Notes: a model not told the origin generated them from the letters alone. A DNA stretch of 64,000 nt from Verrucomicrobiia bacterium (GCA_049692125.1 JBAVOO010000038.1:5588-69587), one strand, 5' to 3'. Shown: positions 24,247 through 34,413, numbered from the stretch's first letter. Translations and numbers: made by a program.

Positions 24247-26808
24247 TCAACCTTCGTTCAGCGCGGCCAGTTCCTGCGGCGTGCGGTCGCGCATCGAGAT
24301 GGCGCCGGCAAAACATTTCTGCGCGCAGAGCGAACAGCCGACGCAGTGACTGGGGTCAAACGTCGGGACGCCGCGGCGGTCAAGCACGATGGCCTGATAC
24401 GGACAGCGCGTGCAGTTGCCGCAATGCTGGCAAAGGGCGGCGATGACTTGCGGCAGTTGCTTCGTCGGCGACAACGCCCCAAAGTCGGTGATCGGATTCG
24501 GCAGCGCCGAGCCGATGAGTTCCTTGACCGAGCCGAAGCCGCGCTCCGCCATCAGATAACTGAGACCGGAGTGAAGTTCGTCCACGTAACCGAGGCCATA
24601 TTTCATCACGGCGGTGCAGAACTGGACGGTCTGTGCGCCGAGCGCGAGGAAGTTCGCGGCGTCCCGGTAGGTCATCGCGCCGCCGTTGCCCGAGACGGTG
24701 ATGCCCGTGCTGGAAACCTTGGCGAGGGTGAGATTGCTGATCGGCAAAACACCTCCGCCGGACATGCCAATGACCACGCCTTCCTCCCAGCGGCGGTTTT
24801 CCGCTTTGCGGAACGCGAGGGACGGAAAGCTGTTGGCGAGTGTGACACCGGCTTTTTTGCCCGGGTAACGCGCGAAGACTTCCTGAATCGCCTTGATGAT
24901 CGGTTGGATGGCGGTGACTGCGGCGGTGAGCTTGAACAGCTTCGGGTTGTCGTCGTCGCTCGCTTCCATGACCCAATCAACGATCTTCGCGGTCAGGGCG
25001 GCGTTTTGCGAAACAACGTCGCCATGCGTGCCATCGCCGCCTTGCGGACAGGAGAGGCTGTATTCGACCCCCATCGCGCCGGCGTTTTGCAGCTTGCGCG
25101 TGTTGGATTGCCAGACCGCCTTGTCCGCCTTGTCGCTGCCGGTGACCGGGCCGCCGGTCGAGGCGAGCGTCAGGTGATCAGGGAATTCCTTTACGAGCTT
25201 TTTGACTTCGCGACAGACACGGTCGAGCGGATGGCCGGAGACGTTGTCGCAATTGCCGTAGGTCGAGCGCGTGAGCTCGAACATGTAGCCGGCGGGAATG
25301 TGAATCGGCACGTTATCGAACGCGGTCTTCATCACACCACCGGACCAGCCGCGCTCGTAGGCCTTGCGCATCTGCCCGTAGCCATCCGAGTGCGGCGCAG
25401 CGGAGAGCAGGAACGGCGAGAGAATCCTGCGGCCAAAAAAATCGGCAGCGAGTGGCACAGGGCGCAGCGGCACGCCAGCCAGGATGACTCGGCTCTTCGC
25501 GCGATTCTTGAACTTCGGTCGCGCTTCGCCACGAATGAACGCATCGGCTTCTGCGGCGGCGTTCTTGCCGCTGGCGACGGACTCCACCACGGTCGCCGCG
25601 CCGAGCACCACGTCGCCGGCGTGGAAAATTCCCCTGGCTTTCGTGACCGGCAGTTTGGGACGGCTGCCGATGGCGGAAATTACGAGATCGAACTCACGAA
25701 AGACCGGCGATTCCCTTTTGCTGACGATGAAATTCTCCGGTCGCGACTTTTTGCCCGGTGGCAGCATCATGCGCGCAAGGCGGAGGCCGGTGACACGTTT
25801 GCCCCGGTGAACGACGGCCAGCGGCCTGGAGCAACTGGTGATCTCAACGCCGTGTTCGAGCAACATGTCGCGCTCATATTGTGTCAGCGGCATGTCCTGC
25901 TCCCGACGGCGATAAACCAATTCAACCGACGCAGCGCCGAGCCGCCTGGCTGTCGTCGCGCAATCCGCCGCCACCGCGCCGCCGCCGAGGACGGCGACCT
26001 TTTTGCCTTTGAGTTTGAGCTGCTTCTGGTTTTCCAGAAACATCTGCCACGACAGCGTGAGTTCCTCGCCGGGAAGGTTCAGCTTGATCGGTTCAGCCAG
26101 GCCGGCGCATACGATGACGGCATCAAAATTCTCACGGAGACTTTCCAGTGTGATCTTATTCCTGGCAGGGCCGCGCGGCCGCGCGGCCTGGCCGACCGGC
26201 AGGTCGGCCCTGCCATTTTCATTTGGAACGACAATTACCCCATGCTTGAATTCGACGTTACCAAGGCTTTTGAGAAACGCGATGTCCGCGCGAACCACCC
26301 GCTGGTCCAGCCGGAAGTCGGGGATGAGATTCATCGCCCCGCCGGCCCGTTTTTGCTGTTCGAAAATCGCCACCTTGTAGCCGGCTTGCAGGAGCACGCT
26401 CGCCGCGCCCAAACCCGCCGGTCCGGCGCCGATGATGGCGACAGTTTTCCCATTCGGTTCAGCGCGCCGGAATTTCGCCATCCCGGCCTCGCAGGCCTTT
26501 TTAATGACGGTCGCTTGAACAGCGGGAATCTCAATTGGCCGGTCAAAAGTGCGCCGCGAGCATGCTTTCATGCAGAAGTAATCCGGACAGACCACGCCGC
26601 AAACCCAGCCGAGGGGGTTCGCGCCCATGATCGTCGCGGCCGAGCGCCGGAAGTCTGATTTCTCCCCAACCCGCGCCGCCATGATAAAATCCGCGGGCGA
26701 ACAGTGGGCAGGGCAGGCTTCTTGACATGGCTTTTCCTCGCAGTAAATACACCGGTCCAGTTCCGCCCGGAATTGGGCGTCGGTGAGTGAGCCGTCATTC
26801 GTTTTCAT
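24247..26808 (-). CDS. YgfK-like oxidoreductase: GltD/PreT-like FAD/NAD(P) domain fused to a PreA/dihydropyrimidine-dehydrogenase-like TIM barrel with C-terminal 2x[4Fe-4S]
   Basis: N-terminal CIYCEEKPCQEACP; VAIIGAGPAGLGAA; central DHOD/DPD-like barrel; C-terminal CQHCGNCTRCPY...CVGCSLCAQKC. The start is set at ATG 26808 (MKTNDGS). Confidence 0.88.
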   Translation of the reverse strand: MKTNDGSLTDAQFRAELDRCIYCEEKPCQEACPAHCSPADFIMAARVGEKSDFRRSAATIMGANPLGWVCGVVCPDYFCMKACSRRTFDRPIEIPAVQATVIKKACEAGMAKFRRAEPNGKTVAIIGAGPAGLGAASVLLQAGYKVAIFEQQKRAGGAMNLIPDFRLDQRVVRADIAFLKSLGNVEFKHGVIVVPNENGRADLPVGQAARPRGPARNKITLESLRENFDAVIVCAGLAEPIKLNLPGEELTLSWQMFLENQKQLKLKGKKVAVLGGGAVAADCATTARRLGAASVELVYRRREQDMPLTQYERDMLLEHGVEITSCSRPLAVVHRGKRVTGLRLARMMLPPGKKSRPENFIVSKRESPVFREFDLVISAIGSRPKLPVTKARGIFHAGDVVLGAATVVESVASGKNAAAEADAFIRGEARPKFKNRAKSRVILAGVPLRPVPLAADFFGRRILSPFLLSAAPHSDGYGQMRKAYERGWSGGVMKTAFDNVPIHIPAGYMFELTRSTYGNCDNVSGHPLDRVCREVKKLVKEFPDHLTLASTGGPVTGSDKADKAVWQSNTRKLQNAGAMGVEYSLSCPQGGDGTHGDVVSQNAALTAKIVDWVMEASDDDNPKLFKLTAAVTAIQPIIKAIQEVFARYPGKKAGVTLANSFPSLAFRKAENRRWEEGVVIGMSGGGVLPISNLTLAKVSSTGITVSGNGGAMTYRDAANFLALGAQTVQFCTAVMKYGLGYVDELHSGLSYLMAERGFGSVKELIGSALPNPITDFGALSPTKQLPQVIAALCQHCGNCTRCPYQAIVLDRRGVPTFDPSHCVGCSLCAQKCFAGAISMRDRTPQELAALNEG
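26164..26214. repeat. 51-bp GC-rich double hairpin inserted in frame in the ygfK-like gene
   Basis: Sequence ggcagggccgcgcggccgcgcggcctggccgaccggcaggtcggccctgcc, with flanking GGCAGGG/CCCTGCC. Encodes ...GRADLPVGQAARPRGPA.... Confidence 0.6.
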
Positions 26809-27039
26809 AGCCCTGATGCTGATTAACCATTTTATCCTGACATCGCAAGAACATCCCACCCACACACTTATTGCCCTTTGCTTCACTTTTCTTGTCGGTG
26901 ATGGGCGGTTTGCCGTGCCTCAGCCCGATTCGCTCTTTCAACTGCCGTTTGGATGCGGCAAGAACGGTTCCGCTCTCCCGACCGGCAAATCGCCTGCTGC
27001 CGTTGCTCTGTGATTGACAGGACGCTTCCCGAATGATTA

Positions 27040-28260
27040 GTGGTTGGCATGCCGGTCACTTTCCACGATATCCAGGAGGCGGCAAACCGGATCGCCGGCC
27101 AGGTTATTCAATCGCCCTGCCCGCGTTCCATTCCGCTGTCCGAAGCCACGGGATTAAACGTCTATTGCAAGCTGGAATACCTGCAACGCACCGGCAGTTT
27201 CAAGGAACGCGGCGCCCGCAACGCGCTACTGACGCTCCCACCGAAACAGAAAAAACACGGCGTGATCGCCGCATCCGCGGGGAATCATGCCCTCGGCCTG
27301 TCTTATCACGGCCAGTTGCTCGGCATCCCGGTTACGGTCGTGATGCCCCGCTTTGCGCCGCTGACGAAAGTGGTGAATTGCCGGCGCTTGGGAGCCACGG
27401 TCGTGTTGCACGGTGCCGATCTTGCCGAAGCGCGCCTGCGCGCGGATGAAATCGCCGGCGAACAAAGCCTCCGGTACATCAACGGATACGACGATCCCGC
27501 CATCATCGCCGGGCAGGGAACCCTTGGCCTGGAGATTATCGCGCAGGTTCCGGACGTCGAGGCGGTGATTGTTCCCATCGGTGGCGCCGGCTTGGTTGCC
27601 GGGCTGGCACTTGCAGTGAAGACCCTCAAACCACGAGTGCGGATAATCGGAGTGGAACCCGAACGCGCCGCCAGCTTCACTGCGGCTCTGGCTGCCGGCC
27701 GGCCGGTGCCGGTTGAAATTCAACCCACGCTCGCAGACGGATTGGCGGTGCCACAGGTCGGCAAACACGCCTTCGCCATCGCCCGCAAACTCGTGGACAA
27801 AACCCTGCTCGTCGGCGAGCACGAGCTGGCGCTCGCCATATTGCGTCTCTTGGAACTTGAAAAGGCGGTGGTTGAAGGAGCCGGCGCGGCGCCGCTCGCG
27901 GCCTGTCTGGCCGGTCTGGTGCCGGAACTGAAAGGAAAAAATGTCGTGCTGCCATTGTGCGGCGGCAATATTGACACTCCCATTCTCGGCCGGATCCTGG
28001 AACGGGGCCTGGCCTCGGACGGGCGGCTTTGGCGCTTCACGGCAACGATCAGCGATCGTCCGGGCGGGCTGGCGCGCTTCGCCGGACTGCTCGCTGAAAC
28101 CGGCGCGAGCATTCTGGAAATTTCCCACGATCGCGCATTCTCCAGCGATGACATCACGACGGTAAGCGTGCATTGCGTCGTCGAAACCCGGGACGCCGCT
28201 CACATGGCCATCATCCGCAAACGCCTCAATCAGGAAGGGTTTCGGGTGTCGGCGCCATGA
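27040..28260 (+). CDS. Threonine ammonia-lyase-type PLP enzyme with a C-terminal ACT-like domain
   Basis: 406 aa. KLEYLQRTGSFKERGARN, GNHALG and GGAGL fit threonine/serine dehydratases. An alternative start lies at 27049. Confidence 0.88.
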   Translation: MVGMPVTFHDIQEAANRIAGQVIQSPCPRSIPLSEATGLNVYCKLEYLQRTGSFKERGARNALLTLPPKQKKHGVIAASAGNHALGLSYHGQLLGIPVTVVMPRFAPLTKVVNCRRLGATVVLHGADLAEARLRADEIAGEQSLRYINGYDDPAIIAGQGTLGLEIIAQVPDVEAVIVPIGGAGLVAGLALAVKTLKPRVRIIGVEPERAASFTAALAAGRPVPVEIQPTLADGLAVPQVGKHAFAIARKLVDKTLLVGEHELALAILRLLELEKAVVEGAGAAPLAACLAGLVPELKGKNVVLPLCGGNIDTPILGRILERGLASDGRLWRFTATISDRPGGLARFAGLLAETGASILEISHDRAFSSDDITTVSVHCVVETRDAAHMAIIRKRLNQEGFRVSAP

Positions 28261-28308
28261 ATTTTGCGTATGCTTAATGACGTTGGATAAGTTAAAGCTC
28301 GCGGTACC

Positions 28309-29247
28309 GTGAAAACACTCGTCATCGCCATCGGCGGCAACTCGCTCATCACGAATGCGCAACACATGAGCGTGCCTGACCAGTATGCCGCCGTGGTCAA
28401 AACCGCGTATCACATCACCGACCTGCTGGAACATCGCCATCGCATCGTCATCACTCACGGGAACGGACCGCAGGTTGGTTTCATTCTGCTCCGCAGTGAA
28501 CACTCGCGCGGCATCCTGCACCAGGTGCCCCTCGATTCCATTGTCGCCGATACCCAGGGCGCGCTCGGCTACCAGATTCAGCAGGCGCTGGAGAACGAGT
28601 TCCACCGCCGCGGCTTGAAGAAATCGGTGGTGACCGTGGTGACCCAGACGCTGGTGAACCGCGACGACACTGCCTTTGCCAGCCCAGCCAAACCCATCGG
28701 TGAATTTTACACGCGCGAACAGGCGGAGGACCGGATGCGGGTTGAGAAATGGACGATGATTGAGGACGCCGGCCGCGGCTGGCGGCGGGTTGTCGCTTCG
28801 CCCATCCCCATGCGCATTATCGAATCTGGAGTCGTCAGGCACCTGGTCAAGTACGGCTATGTCGTCATCGCGGCGGGCGGTGGCGGCATTCCCGTGGTGG
28901 CAGACGAAAATGACATTCTTAGCGGAGTTGCCGCCGTGATTGACAAAGACCTTGCCTCCGCTGTGCTGGCCAGGGAAATCGGCGCCGACATGTTGGTGAT
29001 TTCTACCGCCGTCGAGAAGGTCTGCCTGAACTTCGGCACCCCCGGGCAACGGGCGCTCGACTCGATGACCGTGGCCGAAGCCAGACGGTACATGGCCGAA
29101 GGTCATTTCAAACCGGGTTCGATGCTTCCCAAAATTGAAGCATGCCTCCAATTCGTCACGAACAGCGGTCATGAAGCTCTGATTACCTGCCCCGAAGCAC
29201 TCCCAGCCGCATTGGATGGCCACACCGGCACCCGCCTGGTCCCTTAG
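28309..29247 (+). CDS. arcC: Carbamate kinase
   Basis: 312 aa with a GTG start. LVIAIGGNSL, THGNGPQVG, GGGGIPV and VIDKDLASA are carbamate-kinase hallmarks. This is the YqeA position in the yge cluster. Confidence 0.92.
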   Translation: MKTLVIAIGGNSLITNAQHMSVPDQYAAVVKTAYHITDLLEHRHRIVITHGNGPQVGFILLRSEHSRGILHQVPLDSIVADTQGALGYQIQQALENEFHRRGLKKSVVTVVTQTLVNRDDTAFASPAKPIGEFYTREQAEDRMRVEKWTMIEDAGRGWRRVVASPIPMRIIESGVVRHLVKYGYVVIAAGGGGIPVVADENDILSGVAAVIDKDLASAVLAREIGADMLVISTAVEKVCLNFGTPGQRALDSMTVAEARRYMAEGHFKPGSMLPKIEACLQFVTNSGHEALITCPEALPAALDGHTGTRLVP

Positions 29248-29462
29248 CGCCGCAACTCAAATGGGTAATTATCCAAGCCATTGTCCCTGCAATCAACGGC
29301 GCAGGATACGCCGGCAAGTTCGCCTGGCCCGATAAGCCGGGAACGGCATTCGTGAAAGACCAACAGGAAATTGCTTTTCGCGCGCCCGCTTTTACTTGAC
29401 GCGGTGCGGGTAATATTCGATTAAACATTGAGCACCATAAACAAACCTCAACCAGAACAACC

Positions 29463-30854
29463 ATGGCACTCTCGACCGCTCTCTCCGGCAATTCCAACGA
29501 TGAAATCTTCGCGTCGGACGACCTGGCCAACCCGCTTCCGAAAAAGCATTTTCCCCGCCATGAGCGGGATCCCCGGCGCATATACCAGGCCGTCCGCGAC
29601 GAACTTCTCCTGGACGGCAACTCGCGCCAAAACCTGGCCACGTTCTGCCAGACCTGGATCGAACCGGAGGTTCACCATCTGCTGGATGATTGCGTTGATA
29701 AAAACATGATTGACAAGGATGAGTATCCCCAGACCGCCGAGATCGAGAACCGCTGTGTCCACATGCTGGCGAATCTTTGGAATTCCCCTGATCCCGTCGC
29801 TTCCATCGGCTGCTCAACCACCGGTTCGAGCGAAGCCGCGATGTTGGGCGGAATGGCCATGAAATGGCGCTGGCGCGAGAAGCGCCGGGCCGCGGGAAAA
29901 TCCGTGGAACGCCCGAATCTGATCTGCGGTCCGGTGCAGATTTGCTGGCATAAATTCGCCCGTTACTGGGACATCGAACTGCGCGAAATTCCGATGGAAC
30001 AGGACCGCCTGCTCATGAGTCCGGCGGAGGTGATTGCCCGCTGCGATGAAAATACCATCGGGGTCGTGCCCACGCTCGGGGTCACTTTCGACGGACGCTA
30101 CGAACCGGTCAAAGCGGTCTCCGCCGCCCTCGATCAATTCCAAAAGGAGTCGGGGCTAGACATTCCGATCCATGTGGACGGCGCCAGCGGCGGCTTTCTG
30201 GCGCCATTCTGCGCCGCCGATCTCGAATGGGATTTCCGCCTGCCCCGGGTGAAGTCCATCAACGCCTCGGGCCATAAATACGGACTCGCCCCGCTGGGAT
30301 GCGGGTGGGTGGTCTGGCGGGAGAAAAGCGATTTGCCGGCGGATCTGGTCTTCAACGTCAATTACCTCGGCGGCAACATGCCGACGTTTGCTTTGAACTT
30401 TTCGCGGCCGGGCGGACAGATCATCGCGCAATATTACAATTTTGTGCGGCTCGGCCGCGAGGGATACACCAAGGTTCACTCCGCCTGCTATCAGACTGCC
30501 CAGTTTCTGGCCAAAGAGATCGCGGCACTCGGTCCCTTTGATATGATCTTCAGCGGCAATCCTGCGGATGGCATTCCGGCTGTCTGCTGGACGATCTCGA
30601 AGGGTAAAAATCCAGGATACACCCTTTACGATCTCGCCGATCGGTTGTGTGTGCGGGGATGGCAGGTTCCCGCCTATTCCATGCCGGCAAACCGGGAAGA
30701 CCTGGTCGTCCAGCGGATTATCGTTCGCCTGGGGGTCAGCCGCGATCTGGCCGGCCTTTTGGTGGCCAACTTCAAGGCGGCCATTGAATACCTGACCAGG
30801 CATCCGGCCAGTGTGACCGCTGGCCAGCCGGACGGCACCGCTTTCCATCACTGA
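29463..30854 (+). CDS. gadB: Glutamate decarboxylase
   Basis: 463 aa. [29 protein letters not shown] and [22 protein letters not shown] (PLP lysine) match GadA/GadB. Confidence 0.93.
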   Translation: MALSTALSGNSNDEIFASDDLANPLPKKHFPRHERDPRRIYQAVRDELLLDGNSRQNLATFCQTWIEPEVHHLLDDCVDKNMIDKDEYPQTAEIENRCVHMLANLWNSPDPVASIGCSTTGSSEAAMLGGMAMKWRWREKRRAAGKSVERPNLICGPVQICWHKFARYWDIELREIPMEQDRLLMSPAEVIARCDENTIGVVPTLGVTFDGRYEPVKAVSAALDQFQKESGLDIPIHVDGASGGFLAPFCAADLEWDFRLPRVKSINASGHKYGLAPLGCGWVVWREKSDLPADLVFNVNYLGGNMPTFALNFSRPGGQIIAQYYNFVRLGREGYTKVHSACYQTAQFLAKEIAALGPFDMIFSGNPADGIPAVCWTISKGKNPGYTLYDLADRLCVRGWQVPAYSMPANREDLVVQRIIVRLGVSRDLAGLLVANFKAAIEYLTRHPASVTAGQPDGTAFHH

Positions 30855-30860
30855 TTCACC

Positions 30861-32105
30861 ATGAATCGCCAGTCGAGTCTTCGGCCCTGGTTGATCTGGA
30901 CGCTTTCCGCCCTCTTCGTGGTTTTTAACTACATTCAGCAGGTCGTTCCCAATATTATTGCCGTTGACCTGAGCCAGGCGTTCAAGGCAACTGAAAGCAC
31001 CCTGGGCAACATTGCGGCCTCCTATTTCTACGCTTATGCGATTCTTCAAATTCCCGTGGGGCTGGTCGTTGATCGCTACGGCACACGCCGGCCGCTGGTG
31101 ATTGCCATTCTGGCGGCTGGCCTTGGCACGCTCGCGTTCTCCCGGGCGCAAGGTTCGGGGACTGCACAGCTTGCCCGCTTGGTCATGGGCGCAAGCTCAG
31201 CCTTCTCATTTATCGGCTGCTTGAAGCTGGTGCAGGAATGGTTTCCTCCCGCCCGATTTTCCACCCTGGCCGGGATGACCAATACCGCCGGAATGGTTGG
31301 AGCCGCCAGCGGCGCACCGGTGGCCGTTTTGGTAAATGTGATCGGCTGGCGTGCGGCGGTGGCTTGGATGGGAGGAGCAGAACTGATTCTGGCGGTTCTG
31401 GTTTTTGCGGTGGTTCGCGATCGAACGGAGGCCGTCAGCCATCCTGCGCCCGAGACTCAATCCGGGGGAATGTTTGGCCTGCTGGCCAATCGTCAGGTGT
31501 GGATCAATGCCGTGTATGCCACCAGCATCAGCCTCGTGTTTGTGGCCTTTGGCGGTCTTTGGGGCGAGTGCTATATCCGGAAGGTTTATGATTTGAGCGC
31601 GGTTGCCGCCGCCGGCATCGGGTCGCTGCTGTTCCTGGGCGGCATTGCCGGCAGCCTGTTCTTCGGTTGGTATTCCGATTATCTGGGGCGGCGAAAAACT
31701 CCGATGGTGCTGGCCGGAGTCGGGGCTTTGGCCACCATGGCTGGCTTGCTTTACCTGCCAGGGATCCCGCTGACCGGATTCAAGCTGGGGCTGTTCCTGG
31801 TGGGATTTTTTAGCAGCGCCAACATTATTTCTTACGCCGTTGCCCGTGATCTCTATCCCAAGCTGGCCGGGTTTTCGATCGGTTTCTTGAGCACTTGTTA
31901 TTTTGCCGGCAGCGCGGCGTCCCAGCCCCTGGTCGGGATGTTGCTGGAGCATGGTAACCCCGGCAGCCAAAGGGTTGCGGGGCTTGCCTCCTTGACGGCC
32001 GGCGACTATCGCCATGCCTTGTCTCCCCTCGTGGGCTTCATGCTGGTGGGATTGATTGCATCGTTGCTGGTCAAGGAAACCATGAGCGGCACGGCGCGCC
32101 GATGA
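30861..32105 (+). CDS. MFS transporter
   Basis: 414 aa with about 12 predicted hydrophobic helices. The loop motif VDRYGTRRP is MFS-like. Confidence 0.85.
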   Translation: MNRQSSLRPWLIWTLSALFVVFNYIQQVVPNIIAVDLSQAFKATESTLGNIAASYFYAYAILQIPVGLVVDRYGTRRPLVIAILAAGLGTLAFSRAQGSGTAQLARLVMGASSAFSFIGCLKLVQEWFPPARFSTLAGMTNTAGMVGAASGAPVAVLVNVIGWRAAVAWMGGAELILAVLVFAVVRDRTEAVSHPAPETQSGGMFGLLANRQVWINAVYATSISLVFVAFGGLWGECYIRKVYDLSAVAAAGIGSLLFLGGIAGSLFFGWYSDYLGRRKTPMVLAGVGALATMAGLLYLPGIPLTGFKLGLFLVGFFSSANIISYAVARDLYPKLAGFSIGFLSTCYFAGSAASQPLVGMLLEHGNPGSQRVAGLASLTAGDYRHALSPLVGFMLVGLIASLLVKETMSGTARR

Positions 32106-32288
32106 AACGAAAATATTGGTGGTTGGTGCCTGCCCCAAGACACCCCGCGCGACCGAACTGCGCCATGCTGCACTCCGCCCGGCTTGCCGCTCCATTCCGG
32201 CAGCCAAGTTTCGTCGCTCCGCAAAACTAAATGGCGGACCAACAACAGGTTCATTGACGCGGTGACATCTCCGGCCTACGTTCCGGCC

Positions 32289-32900
32289 ATGTGCGCGCGT
32301 TACACCCTCACGCTCGAACAGGCCAGACTGGTCATCGCCGGACTGGTCCACATCTTCGCCTTTGCGCCGCGCTACAACATCGGTCCCGCCCAGCGCGTGC
32401 CGGTAATTTTGGACACCGCCGAGGGCGTCAAGGCCGTGGAAATGCGCTGGGGCATCCCGTCCGCGTGGTCAAAGACGCTCCACATCAACGCGCAGGCCGA
32501 GAACATCCACCAGACCACCACCTTCAAACCGCTGCCGGGCCAGCGCTGCCTGGCGCCGATGGACGGCTTTTACGAATGGAAACCGGACAAGTCGCCCGTC
32601 CGATTCGTCCGCCGCCGGCGGGAACTCTTTTGCGTGGCTGGCCTGTGGGCGGATGATCCGTACCGGTGGGGCGAGGCTCCTGACGAGCCGCCCAAGGATG
32701 GTGGCCGCAAAGAACGGCTCGCGGGGATCAGCCTTCGCCAGGCTGCGGCGCGACAGGCGCTCGCCCCACCGAAACGGATGGAACGGCACGTTCCTTTGTG
32801 CTGCTTACCACCGCCGCCAATCTCATCATTCGGCGGCAAACGCACTTGGAGAACATCTGATCACATTTTACTGGTGGAAACTTGTGCCATTAAGCGGTGA
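32289..32900 (+). pseudogene. SOS-response-associated peptidase (SRAP/YedK family), apparently disrupted by a repeat insertion
   Basis: N-terminus MCARYTL...PRYNIGP...MRWG...NAQAENI...DGFYEW...FCVAGLW is classical SRAP. After the repeat at 32665-32770, the conserved SFVLLTTAAN block is found only in a different frame and no clear HxRMP motif is found. Confidence 0.55.
32665..32770. repeat. Family B repeat (GGTGGGGCGAG ... CTCGCCCCACC) inside the SRAP gene
   Basis: 106 bp with perfect 11-bp inverted termini. Same family as 34544-34621 and 4916-4984. Confidence 0.75.
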
Positions 32901-32939
32901 GGGAAGTTTGCTGGAAAACTATTTGAACATGGACGGAAC

Positions 32940-34022
32940 ATGCGTTTGGGGACATGTATTGCACTGTGGCTGTTGATAATCGCGCTAAAGGTTTGCGCGG
33001 ATGAAAAATTGCCGGTGCTCAAGGTGGGTAACGATGTGTTCAGCAACGTGACCGTCGTCGCCGTTACGCCCACGGACATTTACTTCACTTACCCCGGCGG
33101 GATGGCCAATGCCAAATTGAAGAAGCTCGACCCGGAGTGGCAAAAGCATTTTAACTACAACACGACCAACGCGCTGGCGGTGGAGAAAAAACAAACTGAG
33201 GCCAACGCCAAATACCATGCCCATCTCGGCAGTCACCCGGCACTGCCTCCGTCCAACGAAGACCGTCCCGCGCCGGCGAACGTCGACGCGCGCGCGACCG
33301 ATTCGACTTCGCCGCGTGTGCTTTTCATCGGCAACAGCTACACCAGCGTCAACAACCTCCCGCAGATTTTCCATGATGTTGCCGCCAGCGCGGGCCACGC
33401 GCCGTCCGAAATCAAGGCCGTCACCCCTGGCGGGGTGACATTGTATCAACACCTCAATTCTCCCGGCACGTTGAAGCTCATTGACGAAGGAAATTGGGAC
33501 ATTGTCATCCTACAGGCGCAAAGTCAGGAAGCCGCCATGTCCGAGCAATTCGAGAACATGCGCTACTATTTTCTCAAGGGTGCAGCCGGCCTTTACGACC
33601 GCATCAAGGCCGGCAGCCCGCGCGCCAAAATCATCCTCTACCAGACCTGGGCGCGTCACGCCGATTACTGGGATGACCTCAAAGCCGACAGAAGCATCGG
33701 CAACAATCCCACTGACATGCAGGCGCGCATCCGCAAATGGCATCAAAACGCCGCTGCGCAGAAAAACGACTTTATCATCGCGCCCGTCGGTGATGCGTGG
33801 GAACTGAATTACAAAAATCCGAACGCCATCCGCCTTCATGCGCACGACAATTCGCACCCTGCCTTCAACGGCTCGTACCTTGCGGCACTCGTGATTTACG
33901 GTGCCATCTATCATCATCCGCTGAACCTGAACGTCTCCTATCACGGCGATCTCAACTCCGCCGAGACGCTTTATCTTCAGACCATCGCAACGCAGACCAT
34001 GCACATAAATTTTTTGCCGTGA
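32940..34022 (+). CDS. Secreted SGNH/GDSL-like hydrolase family protein
   Basis: Signal-peptide-like N-terminus. FIGNSYT (block I-like) and HDNSHP (block V-like DxxH). Confidence 0.65.
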   Translation: MRLGTCIALWLLIIALKVCADEKLPVLKVGNDVFSNVTVVAVTPTDIYFTYPGGMANAKLKKLDPEWQKHFNYNTTNALAVEKKQTEANAKYHAHLGSHPALPPSNEDRPAPANVDARATDSTSPRVLFIGNSYTSVNNLPQIFHDVAASAGHAPSEIKAVTPGGVTLYQHLNSPGTLKLIDEGNWDIVILQAQSQEAAMSEQFENMRYYFLKGAAGLYDRIKAGSPRAKIILYQTWARHADYWDDLKADRSIGNNPTDMQARIRKWHQNAAAQKNDFIIAPVGDAWELNYKNPNAIRLHAHDNSHPAFNGSYLAALVIYGAIYHHPLNLNVSYHGDLNSAETLYLQTIATQTMHINFLP

Positions 34023-34273
34023 CCGAACATTCTCCATCCATCCGGCATTTTCCACCAGTGGTTGCCCGGAATGAAATCGTTGTGGTCGTTCACATACATT
34101 TGCCACGCGAGCTGCAACTGTTTCAAGTTGCCCAGACACTGGATACCCACAGCCCTGGTTTTGGCTCGGGAAAGAACCGGAAGCAGCAGCGCCGCAAGAA
34201 TGGCGCTGATGGCCATGACCACCAGCAATTCCATCAGGGTGAAGGCGCAGTCTTTTGGCCGCACTTTGTCCAT
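33977..34273 (-). CDS. Prepilin-type N-terminal cleavage/methylation domain protein, short (possibly truncated)
   Basis: AFTLMELLVVMAISAILAALLLP followed by the start of a DUF1559-like region. It is only 98 aa and its 3' end overlaps the convergent gene. Confidence 0.45.
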   Translation of the reverse strand: MDKVRPKDCAFTLMELLVVMAISAILAALLLPVLSRAKTRAVGIQCLGNLKQLQLAWQMYVNDHNDFIPGNHWWKMPDGWRMFGHGKKFMCMVCVAMV

Positions 34274-34413
34274 GCGACTCCATCGTATGTCAATAACAAT
34301 GACTTGTGAAGCGAATCAGGGAAATCCGGGTTGCAAACGGCATTGGCGCACTCGAAAGGGCGGTCTTAAACTTTTTCCAGACCTGTCTCCTCGTTCTGCC
34401 TGTCGCTTTCCAA

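Noticed and set aside
24043-26658. 871-aa ORF on the plus strand. Similar long antisense ORFs occur at 27226..29223, 21571..23109, 12957..14354, 17711..18847, 19220..20191, 34623..35642, 53440..54441, 57387..58202 and 5445..6413.
   Set aside because: They lie exactly antisense to genes with strong family signatures. They have Arg/Gly/Ala/His-rich low-complexity composition and no recognisable motifs. These are typical shadow ORFs of high-GC DNA.
16218-26808. Selenium dependence (in-frame TGA selenocysteine / SECIS) of the XdhD/YgfK-like enzymes, as discussed for related clostridial and E. coli systems.
   Set aside because: All the ORFs are continuous without in-frame TGA, and no selD, yqeB or yqeC-like genes were seen in the window. 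A labile selenium cofactor cannot be judged from sequence.
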